Source of the DNA: Camelus dromedarius
Taxonomy: Eukaryota
Assembly (NCBI RefSeq): GCF_036321535.1
Contig: NC_087437.1
Location: 26,414,001 to 26,478,000, forward strand
DNA: 64,000 nt
Direction of reading: 5' to 3'
A model generated the notes under the pieces. That model did no database searches. It saw nothing but the letters and a program-made list of their open reading frames with translations, and was not told the DNA's origin. Of this stretch, positions 26,580 to 41,833 are shown in pieces (position 1 is the first letter of the stretch; the number at the start of each line of letters is the position of its first letter). The translations under genes and the position numbers were made by a program.

Positions 26580-27170
26580 CACAAAGCACTTTAGAAAACT
26601 GCTTGGTGGCATTTACTGAAGCTTGATACTCCATGATCCAGCTTAATATATTATGGTTCTCCTTTGTACATGCTTAATATCACGTACATGTGTTCCTGAA
26701 AAGACTAGTGTTGGAATGTTCATAGCAGCACTATTTCTAATAGTCCCTACTAGAAATTACTCAAGTGGTCATGAACAATAGAATAAATTTTGGTGTGTTC
26801 ACACGTTGTAATACTATAGGGAAATGAAAATGAAGGCTCTACCAAGTATATCTCAACAGTATGGTTGCTGAATAGTAGAGATGGATCTCAAATACAATAC
26901 GGAGAGAAAGAAGTCTAAAAGAGAACTTACTGTGTCTGTTTTTGTTGTGTCAATTATAAAATTAGGCAAAATCTAATCTAAGCTGTTAGAAGTCTTTATA
27001 GTAACATTGGGGGTGGGGTTGTGGAGTAGTGACTGGCAGAGAGGATGCAGGGAACTTCTGGAGTGCTGTCTGTTTCCTTATACAGGTGTGTTTAGTTTGG
27101 GAAAACTCATCAAGCTGAGAAGTTATATTTTGTGCACTTTGCTTTATGTATAATCATAAAAGCTGTTTAA
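26580..27170 (+). mobile_element. Old L1 (L1MC/MD/ME-like) 3' end
   Basis: gaatgttcatagcagcactattt...tgtgcacttt degenerate L1 3' motifs. Confidence 0.65.
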
Positions 27171-29369
27171 AGAGTCAACATATTTATGTACAACAAACCT
27201 ACTGCATTATTCATTTGGTGATATTGAGGTGCCAGTCTGCATGCACTAATTTTGTCCATCATCCTTGTTTAGTCATAAGAAAACTAAAACAACAAAGAAA
27301 AGAAAGGTGGACATCTGGTTTCTGAGTTTCCTAGACAGTAGTAATTTTCTTGGGTTTCCAACATATTGGCATAAAATAAGTGCCCCTGTCAGAAAAGAAG
27401 GTTGAGGAGGATCCTTTATTGCAGAACAAGGATCCTTTTCATAAAAAGGGATTGGCCCTGAAGGATGACACGAGGCATGTGGCTATGGCTTAAGGCAGCA
27501 CTTTCTTGGCCACTCATATTTAAGGGCACAGAGTTCTGCCAAATTAATTGGGAAAGCCCACTACTCTGCCTCACAGACTTTGTGGATGAAACAAAGTAAA
27601 TTTGCACTGCTTTAAGTGACTTACATCTGAGGAAAGGATGGGAATTAGTAAGCTATTTTGGCAAGTTATTCTTTTTAGAATAGTCCAAAGGAAATGTAAT
27701 ATTTAATAATTTAAGGCCTGTTTTATTTTTTAATGTCTTCAGTCAATTTCCATTAATGCAAATAGATTTTTTTTACTTTTAACTTATGTGTATTTAATCT
27801 TTATAAGTTTTCTTACGTTTAAAATTTGCACATGCTTGTCATAACAGATTTATCAATACAGAAATGATTAAAAAGCCAAAACCTTTTTTTGGTTCCACTT
27901 GTAGACCCTTTTTGGTGTCTGTACATACCATAAATTTATTGATCCTAAGATGTATTTATTACTTCATGATAAAATTGGGATATGTCTCTTGGTTGCTGTC
28001 CTCCAGGTGGCAGTCATGATGGATATGGGAAATTTGGCCCAGCATAGCTGTTGATTTTGTCTTCACTTCAGTTGAACTTTTATGCCTTGTGGTAATACAT
28101 GGGTTGAGTTTAGTTGCTGTTATAAGTCTCTTAAAAAGAACTGCACTATGTGATTTGACATTGGAGCAAAAAAGTTAATAAACGTGTGTGCAAAAGGAAC
28201 AGAAAAGGCAGCAGGTGTAAATTTAATATGAGTGAAGCAACTCTTCCTTGTTTGAAGGATAACCACAGTTCTGTTTCTGTGCTTTATGGAATCAGTAAGA
28301 GGAGCTATTCTATGAGTAAATGAAGGTATGCTGCATTTTATTCTTGAACCATGTGCAAAAACATTCCCTATCACAAGCCAAGCAATGCAACTTAAAGCAG
28401 GAAAAATTGAGAAATCCTGTGGACTAGATGGTTGGTGTGGTCAATTCTCATGCCATACAGAGCTGTTGTTAAGGCACTGTGTCATAGTTTTAATTGCTCG
28501 TTTCTTCTTATAAATGAATTTAATAAATTTGATCATCTTTTTATGTATTTTTTCAGTGTTTTAATGTATTCAGATAGTCATTTGGTTTTTCTGTTTTAAT
28601 CTATTAGTGTAACATTTTATATTAATACATTTTCTGTTGTCAAATCATCCTGTATTTCTGGGAAAGCATCTTACTATTTTCTTTTTAAATTAGTAGTTAT
28701 CTTGTGGACATCTTTCCACAAGCTCTATTATTTTCTACTGTATGGCTCTATTATTCAACTTAGACCCTTTTTTGTGTCTGTACACACAAGAGTGATTCTT
28801 TTATTTTTCTGTTGTATGAATATACTATAATTTTTTAAATGGTTGCCTTATTGATGCACATAATTTCCAGTTTTTGCTATTAAAAACAATGTAGCAGGGA
28901 ATATCTTTCTTTATATACCTTTATATACTTGGGATAGTGTTTCCATAGGATAAATCCCTAGAAATGCTATGCATTTTCATTGCGTGATGAAATAAATTTA
29001 AAAATTAATTTTTAAAAAATATTTGCTTGGTTTAGGAATGTCAATCATTGTTGGAAAATATACCAACATGCTAACAGTGGTTATCTCTGGGGTGATGGGC
29101 TTATGTGTGTGTGGCTTTTTTTTTTAACTTTAAGAGTTGAAAACAGAACTTACTTAAAAAAAAAAAAATGAAATGCTTAGGAACCTAAGTACTACTTTAG
29201 AAATTGTGGGGTTGTAAGCAGTTGGAAGTTAGGATCTGTTGTAGTTGCCGGATAATTCATGTAGCATAATGCAAAAAACACATGGAACAAATTCAAAAGG
29301 TATTTGTAGAAGTAAGTTTAATTCATTTCTTCGAGTTTAACAGAGAAAAAACTGCTGATTCTTTTTCAG

Positions 29370-29495
29370 GGTTTTTTGATTAACTCAAAACCAGAGAATG
29401 CCTGTGAACCCATAGTGCCTCCACCAGTAAAAGACAATTCATCTGGCACTTTCATCGTGTTAATTAGAAGACTTGATTGTAATTTTGATATAAAG
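29370..29495 (+). CDS. RNF13: RNF13 third coding exon, PA domain: GFLINSKPENACEPIVPPPVKDNSSGTFIVLIRRLDCNFDIK
   Basis: ctttttcAG acceptor 29368-69; 126 nt, phase 0-0; donor GTAATG at 29496; PA-domain motif LIRRLDCNFDIK. Confidence 0.97.
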
Positions 29496-31799
29496 GTAAT
29501 GTTTGCTTTTTTCACTTTTTTGTTACTGTTTGTTTAGTTAGCTGGCTTAAATTCTCCCGTTTCAGAAAGGCTTTAAGAAAGTTTACACCATTCATGCAGA
29601 TTAAAAAATATAAAGGAGTGAGGACAAAAGTTAAACACAAGAAAGACAGGTTTGTGAGTTTACTTAATTCTTTTTTATTTGCTATAAAATTTACGCTAAA
29701 CCTTTAGCAGCCAGTAGAAAGAAGATGACCCCATCAGTTTTATGATTCACAGTGTTAGTAAGATTGAAAATAAACATTGACTAAGATATCAGTAACTTTT
29801 GTTGGTTCTAAGAATTTTCAGGTTGTTGTTGGGCATCTTGAATTGTCGTTTATTAGTGGTCTCACTTGCTCTAATCCAGGGATGGAAATGTTAACCTTTA
29901 GTTTTATGCCTTCACCCTTCCAGTATAATTGCTACATCTGTATCTGTATCTGTGTTGATGTTGGGATTTCTCTTGTAATAAGCTGACTCTGTCACCTGTA
30001 TAAAGTTTATCTTGATGGAGTGGGTTAAGCTGGCATTTCAAATAATAAAACTAAGTTTGCCATAGGACTTCCCTCACTATCATCAGTGCTGCTCTAGAGC
30101 TTTGGTTTTTTGATACTCTTAATACGGTCTTTACAAATTTGTCTCTGGATTGGCCTTGTCAGAAGAGCCAGATTGAAGCCTGTAAAAATAAGCCTTGATG
30201 TTACTTTTATTGGACTTTCTGAGATCCCAGTGTCTTGCATGTATCTTAGAGAACAGACTATAAGATACTATTTCATGTACTTTCCATCGCTTGATCTTAG
30301 ATGATTTGTCTGTTTAGTAGGAAAGGCTGCCCTGACTCATGCTGTGCCTGGATTTTTGTCTCTGCTCCATTCATTTCATGAAAGAAATGACAGCTCCATA
30401 ATAAACTTATTAAAGGAATAAAATAATAACTGTAAAAGGGTTTGAAAATGTACAGCGCTTTGTAAATAACAGTTATGGTTACTATTGTGTATTAGTTCTA
30501 AATCTAAACTCTCAATTGCCTTTAATGGGAAATAAATCAGAGCTTGAAGTCAAATGTTGCAGATTTCCTGCTCTTCAGAGTTACGTCTTTTATAGTAGTT
30601 TGAATTTAAACCATTTTAAGATTTGATCCAGAACTAAACTATAGTAATTATAGATTTTTCCAACAAAAATGAAATATAGTTGTAATATTTCATTAATTTC
30701 ATGCCACTAAGAAATTAAAAGTAAACCAATTCTGCTGGTTTCAAGGTTAATTGCACTGTCAAGCTATATAGTTTTTGTCTCAGTCTAGTCTTTGATAACC
30801 AAAAGCTAGAATACCTCTTTTTTTTTTTTTTTCCAAATCATTTTCTTTTTTAGGTAGAGATGAGACGTGGTTCACTGCAAAATTTAGGGAAATACTGCCA
30901 TTGAATATTTATTATTGAGGGTGAAAACCCAACTCAGGAATGAATAGGAGGGCTTGTTAGTCCTGTCCCTTTAGTGGATCCTCATTATGGGTCTGAGTAC
31001 TTCTAATGGGGTTTCATGATTTAGCTATTACACCAGCTCATCACTTTCCTCTTCCTGACTTGAATTTTATGCTGTAGCCATACTACCTACTGAAGCCTCA
31101 ACTTGCTGTATCTTTGTGCCTTTGCACTTACCGCCTTCTCTCTTCAAGTTCTTTTCCGAGATGATCTTATCACCTATATTTCTGACTGTTTCATCATTTA
31201 AGAGCTAACTGAGGATGTTACCTCTTCTGGAAGCCTTACTTTTCTTTCTACCCTCTCTCTGACAGAATGAATCATTCCAGCTCAATGTGCCACCCTTCCA
31301 CTTTATAGCTACCTCCTTTATATCTCTTTATGACATTATTAAGAGTTTTATTTCATGTGTTTCATGTATATGCATGCTATGTTTAGGGTTCACATTTTAA
31401 TTATTAAATATCTAATTTGTGTCATAGTGCATAGTAGGAGAGCAATAAAGGTTTGTTAAATCAAGCTATGTTATATAGTAAGCCTTCTACTTCTGTGTAT
31501 AATGTATTCTGTAAAAACATGTACATGTAAAAATATGTTTAAAATGTTTAAATTGAAAATTCTCATCAGAAAGAATATTAGAAAATTTCTTACTGTAACT
31601 CACCATGTAGACATAGTCTTAATGGATAAGGCTCTAGTCTATACATGTTCTTTAACTTGGTTATTTTTATATCACAAATATACAATGGTATATCATAGCC
31701 ATTTAATGCTAAAGATTCCTTACTCATGTTGCTTGTAATGATTTCTGCCTTAGTCTCAGTTGTGTTAAATTTACAAGACATTAGTTTACAAGGGAGACA

Positions 31800-32045
31800 C
31801 GTTGGCTTCAATCAAGTTATGGAAACAGGCTGCATACATTTGAATCCCATATTTATCATTTATTAGCAATGTGGTCTTAGGCAAGTTGTTTTTTCTCTGT
31901 GTGCCTCAATTTCTTTATCTGTAAAATGGGAATTACAAATGTTCCCTACATCATAGGATTGTTACAAGGATCAAATGAAATAAATGTTAAATGCTTATCA
32001 AACAGTGCCTTGCCCACAATAAGTAGGCAGTAGGTGTCAGCCATT
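31800..32045 (+). mobile_element. MIR SINE
   Basis: ttgaatccca...ggcaagtt...gcctcaatttctttatctgtaaaatggg. Confidence 0.8.
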
Positions 32046-32117
32046 GATGTTTTATGCTTTTCACCATTGGTGTGAAATAGAATAAAGCTGAAGATGGCAA
32101 AGATGCGGACTATATTA

Positions 32118-32512
32118 GGCTGAGAAGTCCCACAATTTATCATTCGCAAGCTGGAGAACCAGGAAAGCCGGTGGTATAATTCATTTCAAATCTGAAGGCC
32201 TGAGAACAAGGGGAGCCAATGGTGTAAATCCTGGAGCCCAGAGGCCTAAGAACCAAGTGCTCTGATGTCTGAAGGGCAGGAGGAGGTGAATGTCAAGAAG
32301 AGAGAGAGGGAATTCGCCCTCTCTTCGGCTTTTGTTCTGTTTGGAACCTCAAGGAATTTGATGGTGCCCACCCACGTTGGTGAGGGTGGATCTTCTCTAC
32401 TCAGTCTATGGAATCCAATGCCAGTAGCTTCCAAAAACCCCCCACACTCCCAAATTGCATTTTACCAGTTATCTGGGCATCTCTTAGCCCAGTCAAATTG
32501 ACACATAAATTT
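32118..32512 (-). mobile_element. MLT2-type ERVL LTR fragment
   Basis: ggctgagaagtcccacaat...gcaagctggagaaccagg...gcccagtcaaattgacacataaat. Confidence 0.8.
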
Positions 32513-34539
32513 AGTTCTGACCTTTCATAAACTAAATCATTGGCTGGTTAGTCACACTGAGATATAGTAACTCATGTCAATTGATGTGTAAAATTTCTAA
32601 TTTGGCTTCTAAAGGGCAGTTTAGTCATGCCAGTGTGTAATGTATAAAAAATAAGTTTCATAAATACACAAGGATAAGAATTATGGATCACCTATCAAGG
32701 TTGGATGAATGGATAGGGATAAATTCATCATAGTTACTGGAAAAACAACTGGAATATCATCCCAGAGGAAATTTCCTTTCTAAGGGTGGTCACTGGTGGA
32801 CAGGCTATTAGGTTTTTTAGCTATAATCCTTAGATCAGAAACCTATGTCTGTATTTTCTGGGCTTCCAAATTGATGATTATGTATGGTTTTATATTAGGT
32901 ATGTTGTAGAACCTAATCATTTATAATATATGTATGGTACTTCTTTTCTGAATTGCAAATAAATATCTTTTGTAGATAATCAGTAGTGGTTCATTCATGT
33001 ATATGTGTAATTTTGTATGAATGCAGTGAGTTAAGAGAATAGTTAGAAAAATAGCTAATTTCCTTATTCCTGATGTAGCATCCTGGGATTGAGTACTGAG
33101 AAAAGCTTAATTAATACAGTATGCTACAGTTGAGAGTAGTTGCAAGGTTATTTTTTTGTCATGCCTCCTATCCAAAGTGACACCCAAATCTCAGAAAAAA
33201 GAGAGTTGGCTCTGTCTTACAGAGCGTTCCTTGGAGAAGGGAACCTTTTCCATTGTAGACATCATAAGAGAGAAGAAAATAAGTAAGTAAATAAATAAAA
33301 TAGTATCAAGATATTACAAATGATTAAAGGTGGTGGGTATTTCAGGGTTTGCTTTTTATAATTCTTTAGATTTTTTAAAACATGAATATTATGCTACAAT
33401 AAAAGAATCTAAGATTTCTCTTATTCTTCCTCAAAAGTAAATGATGAAGTGAAAGTTGTGTGTTAGAATAAAGGAAACAGCAGATTTTCTGTATACAAAC
33501 TATTCCAAGTGGTTTGTGACCCAGAGATAGCCAATAAGACAGCAGAAATGCAATTAACAATTTTTGGAGGGAAGGAAACTGAGTTGTTTGTAACATTTTA
33601 AAATAAAGAGAGCACTGTCTTAATTTTTTAATCTTTTATCAAGAAAAGCACACTTGAGCCTTTCAATCTGCCCTGGAGAGATGCAGCAAAAGCCATACCC
33701 AGAGTCAGTGTTTGGGTATGTGTACTATCCAGAAGGCCAGTAAGAAGAACTATTGATTACATGCCAGCTGCTTAATTAGAAAACAATCACTTTGACTCAC
33801 ACTGACAAAAACTGTATCCTCTGAAAAATACAGCTCTGTATAGGAAAAGCCAAACAACGTTATTTTGTTTATCTTTGTACAATGCTGTTCTTTACTGTGA
33901 CAAAATATAATTGTTTGGAAATGTTAATTTTTTCTGAGTATTTGAAATTAAGAAAACATTGCTGGCTCTTTGGTGAAAAAATTAATGCTATATTAAATCT
34001 TTCAGTTAGAAAAAATGACTTTGTAGCATTCTAAGGCAGAGAGTTCTTAAAAGACTTGAATTGACATCCCAGTGGGGAATAACATTTTAAAAAATTTTGT
34101 AAAATTACCTGGTTAGTTTAAGAACATTAAAATAGTCACTTAAAATAGAACTTTCAGAACCACACCAACTTCTGTGTTTATAGCCAAATAAAGATTAGTT
34201 TTCAGAAATCTGTCCTCTGTCATTGCAGTCCACTATATTTCTACCATATGGTTTTAATGCTAAATCAACAATTTCTTCAAATAGTCAATTTTCTTTATTT
34301 TAACTGAACTCTAGGGAAGCTTAGTAAACCGAAATGGTACAAGGCATGTACTTCTGCTAAATTTTGTTACCACTTTATGCTGTAGTGATTGTTTTAAAAA
34401 TTGTAGCTGCAAGAGGCTGAAAGGACTTAGATTTTATTCCCTCCACAGTTTTTTGTGGGGTGTGAGGGGCATGATGGAGTTACATTTGGATTGTAGATGA
34501 TAAGAAATATTTTGGTTCTTACTTTATGTTGGTGTATGA

Positions 34540-34960
34540 CTTTTACAAAAGTTAGCTGGGATACAAAGCCCTGCTTTACCTGACTTCTGTCTGTCTCAAG
34601 TCTCGTCTGTACTTTGTCCTCTCGCCGTAACCTTCAGGAACTTACAAGGCCCCGTATATGTGAAGTGGTCTCTCCCCCTCTATCTTGGTTTCTACCATGT
34701 CCTTTATCTGGAATATCTTCCCTCTGCTTGTCTGCCCAGCAAATCTGACTTTGTTTTTGGTCTAAGATTAAGTATCATTTATCTGAAACCTTTCCTGATT
34801 TTCTTCAAGGCAGAATAGATCACTTCTTTTTATGTATTTCTTATTTAATCCCATGCCAGTCTCTGTGAGGGAAAAGATAATGTTTTAGATTCCATAGCTT
34901 AAGTGCTTAATGCATTGTATGACACTGGTAAATTACTAGTAAATATTTGCTGAATGAACT
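34540..34960 (+). mobile_element. L2 3' end
   Basis: ctggaatatcttccc...tagtaaatatttgctgaatgaa L2 terminal motif. Confidence 0.65.
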
Positions 34961-35849
34961 AATTCAGAAAATCCAAAGGGCTTACCATTAAATTTAACTA
35001 GATTAGGGAATAAACAACATTATTGGAACCTTCTATTGGCTTCATGTTCATTTCACTCAACGCTCTTGGAAGTATTTCTAAATCTAGGTAGTCATTTATC
35101 CCACATTTTTCTCTAGGTCCAAATATTTATGAGAATTTAAAAAATTAACATAAACATTTTTGGATTATTTAGATGACCTTATAATCATCATAAATAAATA
35201 ATAAAAATTCTGGAGTGAAATTTCATCATCTTACAAAATAGTCCTCCATTTTTCCTTTTTAGGTTAGCTTTCATCATCCTCTCTCAAGATCTCCAGGCTG
35301 ATACATTTTGTAGTAGTCTCAAAATTGCACTTTTATTTCAGTAGTATTAAGCTAGGGAATATGAACGTAAGTAGAAATTAAACTCTGTAATATCTCAAAG
35401 TCATCTAATATCATTATTTAAAATTTCCTACTCTTTTCTGTATTGCTACAAAGTAATTTGTAACATTTGTTATTAATCTATTTCAGAATCTCATATGCAA
35501 GATTCCAGTAAAGGAATGTGTTAAATGATACTCAGTGGAGAGAAATATTTCTACCCATATATGATTCAAACAGCGTTCTGCTACTAGTTTGTTAATTTAT
35601 TAATTTATTCTTTTCTTCCACCCTTTGATAAAAATATCTGTATTTTAATAATTAGGTTTCTTTACATACAAATTTATTCAATATTAAAACAACAAAGCAA
35701 AGTTCTCTTCTTTTACGAGGAAAGTAATATTCAATGAAAGAACAAAGCTGAAAAATAGTAAATTACATGTACTTTACCTTAACCTAATGAAGCAATGTAA
35801 TGCCAGTAACTTTATTTATATATCTCTTCCATACATATACTTTAAAAAA

Positions 35850-37205
35850 ATTGAATTATAGTTGGTTTACAATGTTATATTAATTTCAGGTGTGCAACAT
35901 AGTGATTCAATATTTTTATAGATTATTCGCCATTTAACATTATTACAAACAATGACTATTTCCCTGTGTTGTATAATATATCCTTGTTGTTTATCTATTT
36001 TATACATAGTAGTTTGTATCTCTTAATCCCATATCCCTATCTTGCCCCTCCCCTCTTTCCTCTCCCCGCTGGTAACCACTAGTTTGTTTTCTATACATGT
36101 GAGTCTGTTTTATGTTTTGCTACACACATTTGTTTTATTTTTTAGATTACACATATAAGTGACAATATGGAGTATCTGTCTTTCTCTGACTTATTTCACT
36201 AAGCATAATTCTCTCTAGGTCCATCCATATTGTTGCAGATGGTAAAATTTCATTCTTTTCTGTGGCTGAGTAATATTTCATTGTATACCACATCTTCTTT
36301 AGCCATTCATCTATTGATGGACATTTAGGTTGCTTCCATACCTTGGCTATTGTAAATAATGCTGCTGTGAACACTGTGGTGCATGTATCTTTCTAAATTA
36401 GTGTTTTTGTTTTCCTCACCTTTATACCCAGGAGTGGAATTGCTAGATCCTATGGTAGTTCTGTTTTTAGGTTTTGAAGATCCTCCATGCTGTTTTACAT
36501 AGTGGCTGTACCAATTTACATCCCCACCAACAGTGTCCAAGGGTTTCCTTTTTCTGTATCCTTACCAACATTTATTATTTGTAGACTGTTTGATGATAGC
36601 CATTCTGACAGGAGTAGTGATATCTCATTGTAGTTTTGATTTACATTTCTCTTACGATTAGTGATATTGAGCATCTTTTCATGTATGTGTTAACCATCTG
36701 TATCTCTTCTCTGCAAAAAATGTCTATTCAGGTCTTCTACCCATTTTTAATTGGGTTGTTTGTATTTTGATATTGAGTGGAATAAGCTGTTTATGTATTT
36801 TGGATATTAGCCCCTTATCAGTCATGTCATTTGCAAATATTTTCTTCGATTCATTGGGTGTCTCTTCATTTTGTCAGTGATTTCCTTTGCTGTGCAGAAG
36901 CTTTTAAGTTTAATTCAGTTCCATTTGTTTATTTTTGCTTTTATTTCTTTTGCCTTAGGAGACCGATTCAAAAAAATATTTGTGCAATTTATGTCAAAGA
37001 GTGTTCTGCCTATGTTCTCTTATAGGAGTTTTATGGTTTCAGGTCTTACATTTAGGTGTCTAATCCATTTTGAGTTTATTTTTGTTTGTGGTGTGAGGGA
37101 ATGTTCTAATCTCATTGTTTTACACGTAGCTGTCCAGTTTTCCCAGCACCACTTATTGAAGAGACTGTCTTATCTCTACTGTTTATTCTTGACTCCTTTG
37201 TTACA
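35850..37205 (-). mobile_element. L1 3' part (ORF2 C-terminus plus 3'UTR)
   Basis: MFTAALFTIAKVWKQPKCPSIDEWLKKMWY ORF2 remnant. Confidence 0.92.
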
Positions 37206-40200
37206 GATTCCACACAATTCTTTTATTTCAAAATTAGGGTATTCAGATTACTCAGATACACATTAAATGAAGAATGTCTAGTTAAGGAAGAAAGATGGAA
37301 TCTAAAGAAAGAGGGAAAGATGGCTTATGTCATTGAACTGTTAATGAGAGTTAAAATGTCATTACGGTCTAGTACTGTCATTAGGGTCTAGTACTGTTTT
37401 CCGTGGAGTAGCTCTCCCCAGTGTGGCGGGTAGTGACCCTAAAATATCGTACAGGAAAGAATGATGTGGGAAAGGGATTTAATCTTGGCAGGATTACTTG
37501 CTGCAGTTTTGGATCTTATTTCAACAATTGTTTATTTCCTACTGTCCTGTAGTATTCCCAGAAATTTTTATTCTATAGATAGAATTAATAGTTTTTACAT
37601 TCACATCTGAAACTTCTACTGTTGTTCCATTCTCATTTGCTTTGCTTTGGTCACTTGAGAAAGAGATTTTAGTTTTTAATTTCTTCCTTCTTCTTCAGTT
37701 AATAGAAGATCATAACTAAGTTTTGAGAACTATCTCTATTCTCTAAGTCCCCCATTAATTTCTTTACTTCATTTCTTTTCTTTGTAGAGAAAATAGCTTT
37801 TTTATCCTGTGTTAGAAATTCAGGTTGGGGAAAAATGGGTAGTTTGTGCCCAGGCTGATGACTGAATTACTGTTGCTTTGTCTTGGCAATTCTGAAAGAA
37901 AAGAAAATCAGTTTTCTAGAGAATTTTTTTTCAGTTGGCATTTGGAAAGATTTAGAAGCAGAGTTATGCCACATTTTCTGCAGAGGATCCACAGAGGTCC
38001 CATACAGTTTGGTAAGTAAAATGAAGCTCCAGTTCTTAGGTTGCTGGAAGTGCCAAAACCCAGTAGAGAGCCCGGAGTGGGTAGTGGAAGAGGTCAGGCT
38101 CCAAAACCACCCAGGGTCTGTGTTATGCTGTTTTCTTTTTTTCTGACTTTTTTCCTTTCTGTATTTTAAAACACATCATACACAGAAAAAGTATTTGTAT
38201 GTACAATTTAAATAGTAAAATAAGTATCTGAGTACTCATTACTCAGCTTAAGAGAGACCTGTTACTTACTAATGTTAATTAGTTAATGTTATTAATTAAC
38301 TTAACTAGACTTCATTAAAGACTTTGTTAGGTAAATTCTTTGTCTTTTATATTTAATTCATCTCCAGATCATATTAAACTAGTATTAATATCTTATTTTC
38401 AGGAAGGAGCTTCCTCTTTGGAATATTTTTGCAGTAATTTCGAATATTTTAATAAAATGATGTTAAGTATACCACAAAGTGTTTGCTTATTAAAGCTGCT
38501 CATTTTCTGTCTTGTGTTTGAAAAAGCTTGTGATGGGAAAGATTCTTGCTGAGGTCAGAGCAAATTCCAGCCAGCAGTAGTATTCGTTTCCTATTTCTTT
38601 ATTGTGGATTACTTTTTGCTCCATACTATTTTTTTTTTTCCTTCTCATTTGATTCCAGCCTAAAAAGCCCCATGGGTATATCTTTTCTCACTTCAGCTTC
38701 CTGGTAGTAGGACTTAACGTTTTATGCAGTTCTATGTGCTGAGCTTATAGTTTAGTGCCTGCAACACCAAAATGAAGAGGCAGTAAAGAGAGGAATGTAG
38801 TCAGAGATCTGTCACTGGGTGGCGCTGAGCATCAAAATTCTCACTGTAATAGCTCTATCAGTTATTTTGCAAGTGCAGTATGAGTCCCTGGCATTATTTG
38901 GAAATTCCTAGTAGGTTGATAGCAAGTTTATAGTTGTCCTTTTGTTGCACACAAATTTCTTCCAAAAAGCTTTATTAACAGTGGTGTGTGGGTTAAAATG
39001 GAACTTCTGCTGAGTTAGGATGAGAAATAATTAAGATTTGATGGGACTATGAATCCTATTAGTATCCAAAAAATATGAACTTAGGTCAGAGCCTTCATTT
39101 TAATATGCACTTTAATATACATAGGTAACTAGAGAGTATTTTATGGATACGTTTGTTAACTTTAAATTGCAATTCTCAAAATTAAATACTTACATAGTTT
39201 TTAACTAATGTAGTTTAACTGACATAGTTCATTATATAAAAGTAAAAGGTTTTTTTTTAAAGAAAAGCATCCTTAAACTAATAGCAAGCATCAGAAATAG
39301 CTGTGCTTAAAGATTTATTTTTAATCTTTAGTACTAATCATGTACTGAACACCAGATGTAATATTAAAACTTCATTTGAAACAACTGCATTCACATACAA
39401 GTTAATGACTTTGATTTTGTGATGGCATGTTACAGAATAATACTGTTGCAATGAGTGGAAATGCACGAATCTCTTTTCTGATTGCAGACAACCTACAGAA
39501 CATTAAAAACTCACCATATGAATGAGTTTCAAACTTTTTTGACTTCAACGCACGCTAAGAAATTTATTTTTACTCATGCCCCAATACATATACAACACAC
39601 AGCCTATAATAAGGTCTTATGAAATAGTATTTACCTGTATTAGCTAAAATACTCTGATATATGAAATTTCCTTTTATTAAAAAAAAGTTCACCCCGGTCC
39701 ACTAAATTATCTTTACCTACAATTTGCACTACCCTCAGTATTTAAAAATTGCTTTCCCATATACAAAGATTGACTTTAAAATGCTGCCACTGGGACATAA
39801 CATAAAATCTTTAATTAAGGGTTAAAGTTCCAAGGGTTCTGGCTTTTTCTGCTCTACTTGAATATCGCTCTTCATCCAAACACAGATTTTACCAGCCTTA
39901 CCAAAATCTAATGAAACAAATTCAACTTTATCTCTAAGTCTAAATACTAAACAAACATATACATTTGTAATATGCCATTTATCAAAAGGGCAGCGGTCTC
40001 AGAACATAACCTAAAACAAGAGAAGGAAACATGCCATTGTACCACCATAATAAATGTCACAAAACTTCAGCTTTAGAACCATATACTCTTCCTGACAGTT
40101 TTTCTTGGAACTTTTATGTACTTAACTTTTTTTTTTAAGAATAGAATTCTTATCAAGTGTACTTCTTTATTTCACTACTACAGAAAAGAATATAAGGGTG

Positions 40201-41833
40201 GAGCGAGGCTGTAATGACCACTAAAGGTAGTAAGCACAGAGAGAAGGGAAGTGACATTTGACACTTAACATTAAGGAGAAAACCCATCTAGGGTCCAGTG
40301 AAGCACGTTCATGATGATCCCCATGTCACTAGAAAAGGTCACATTATGTTTGGTGTCTTCCTTGAAACAGCTGGGGAAATGCAAAATATTTTAGAAAAAT
40401 TTTTATCCACAATGACTGAAGTAAAATTTTTGGCATGTTTTTAAGGGGGAACTAAGCAACAAATAAAAGGCAATTTCATTTTTGTAGCATATATCATGCT
40501 GGATAGGGCTGGATAGATAATTATCTTACTTGTGATTTAGTTTAATTAAACAAGTATTTTTGTGAGAGAGATTCTTCTAGGCTTGAGATACATACCAATA
40601 AACAACATAGTTCTTTCCTTAACAAACAACGTCTGGCATTCAGAATGCTCTAAATGTTATTTTATCTGATCTCTGTTTTTCAAGGTAATATCAGGCTTAG
40701 TTTTCTAATAATGTTTTTACCAAGAACCATAAAAACATTATCTTTTGTTAATTTTTCAGGTAATACTTTAAAATACAAAATATCACAAATTTAGATTTCT
40801 AATGTTGTGATTTCCATTTATCTTTAAAGCAGCAGGATTTTGGTTTTATCTTTTTTGAGAACATGGTTAGATTAGTTCACATTTATGTCCTTTATTAATG
40901 AACTATAGCAGTTGAAAATTATTCTATTTACAGTTAATTATTGTGATATTGCCTTGATTTAAATGTATCAGGTTGTCAAAGTACTCAGATGGGTATTAGA
41001 AAAATAATGCCCTTAAGACAAAAGCTTGTAGTTTATATCATAATTGCCTAAACTGTTTTGGAATAGCCTGGTCTTTTGTGCCTCATAACTCTCTCTCTCT
41101 CACACAGCAGTGTTCTCCTACATGTTCACAAAGTACAGTTACCACACTCAGGAAATTTACTATTGATAAGTACTATATCTAATAATACAGAGTATTTATA
41201 TATATATTTTATATATATATATTTAAAATATATATGTGTTATATATATATATATTATATATATATATATATATTTTTTTAGAAAGTATATTCTATCTAAT
41301 TATTAGAATAGGTGTTTAAATTTTCTGATTGTCCTCAGAATGTCCTTCTGCCGGAAAGCAGATTGAGAGCAAAAAGAAAATAAATCACATGATTAAAGGG
41401 AGTTCAAGAAAGTTTAGTCATTCTCTTCCTAGTGGTTAAGCACTCAAAATACATCTTCAGATAGATGTAATTTTTACATTTATAGATAAACCAGGATAGT
41501 TAAATTTCCCTGATATTCAGTATGTCTTCCTCTACTTCTGTTCTTACTACTTTACTTGTTTAAGTAAATAAAACTATAACTTGTCACTGAAATTTTCCTC
41601 TAAATCATATATTTTTTATTCTGCATGAATTACAATCTGAAATATTTCAATATAATATTCTCTTTCAGCTTCCCAATTAAAATCAATCACCTTTTTACAC
41701 TTGTAATAAAAATGTAGAAATAATGATCTAAACTTAAGGTTGTATTCTCATTAAAATTGGAGGAGAAAGTATTTAAAATGGCTTCTATTCTAAATCAAAC
41801 TTCTTTTGCCTATCACCTAAAGATGGATGTTCT

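Noticed and set aside
28120..28513. Overlapping ORFs in non-repetitive sequence
   Set aside because: No recognisable protein and no convincing splice-site pair; RNF13 exons on either side join in frame without it.
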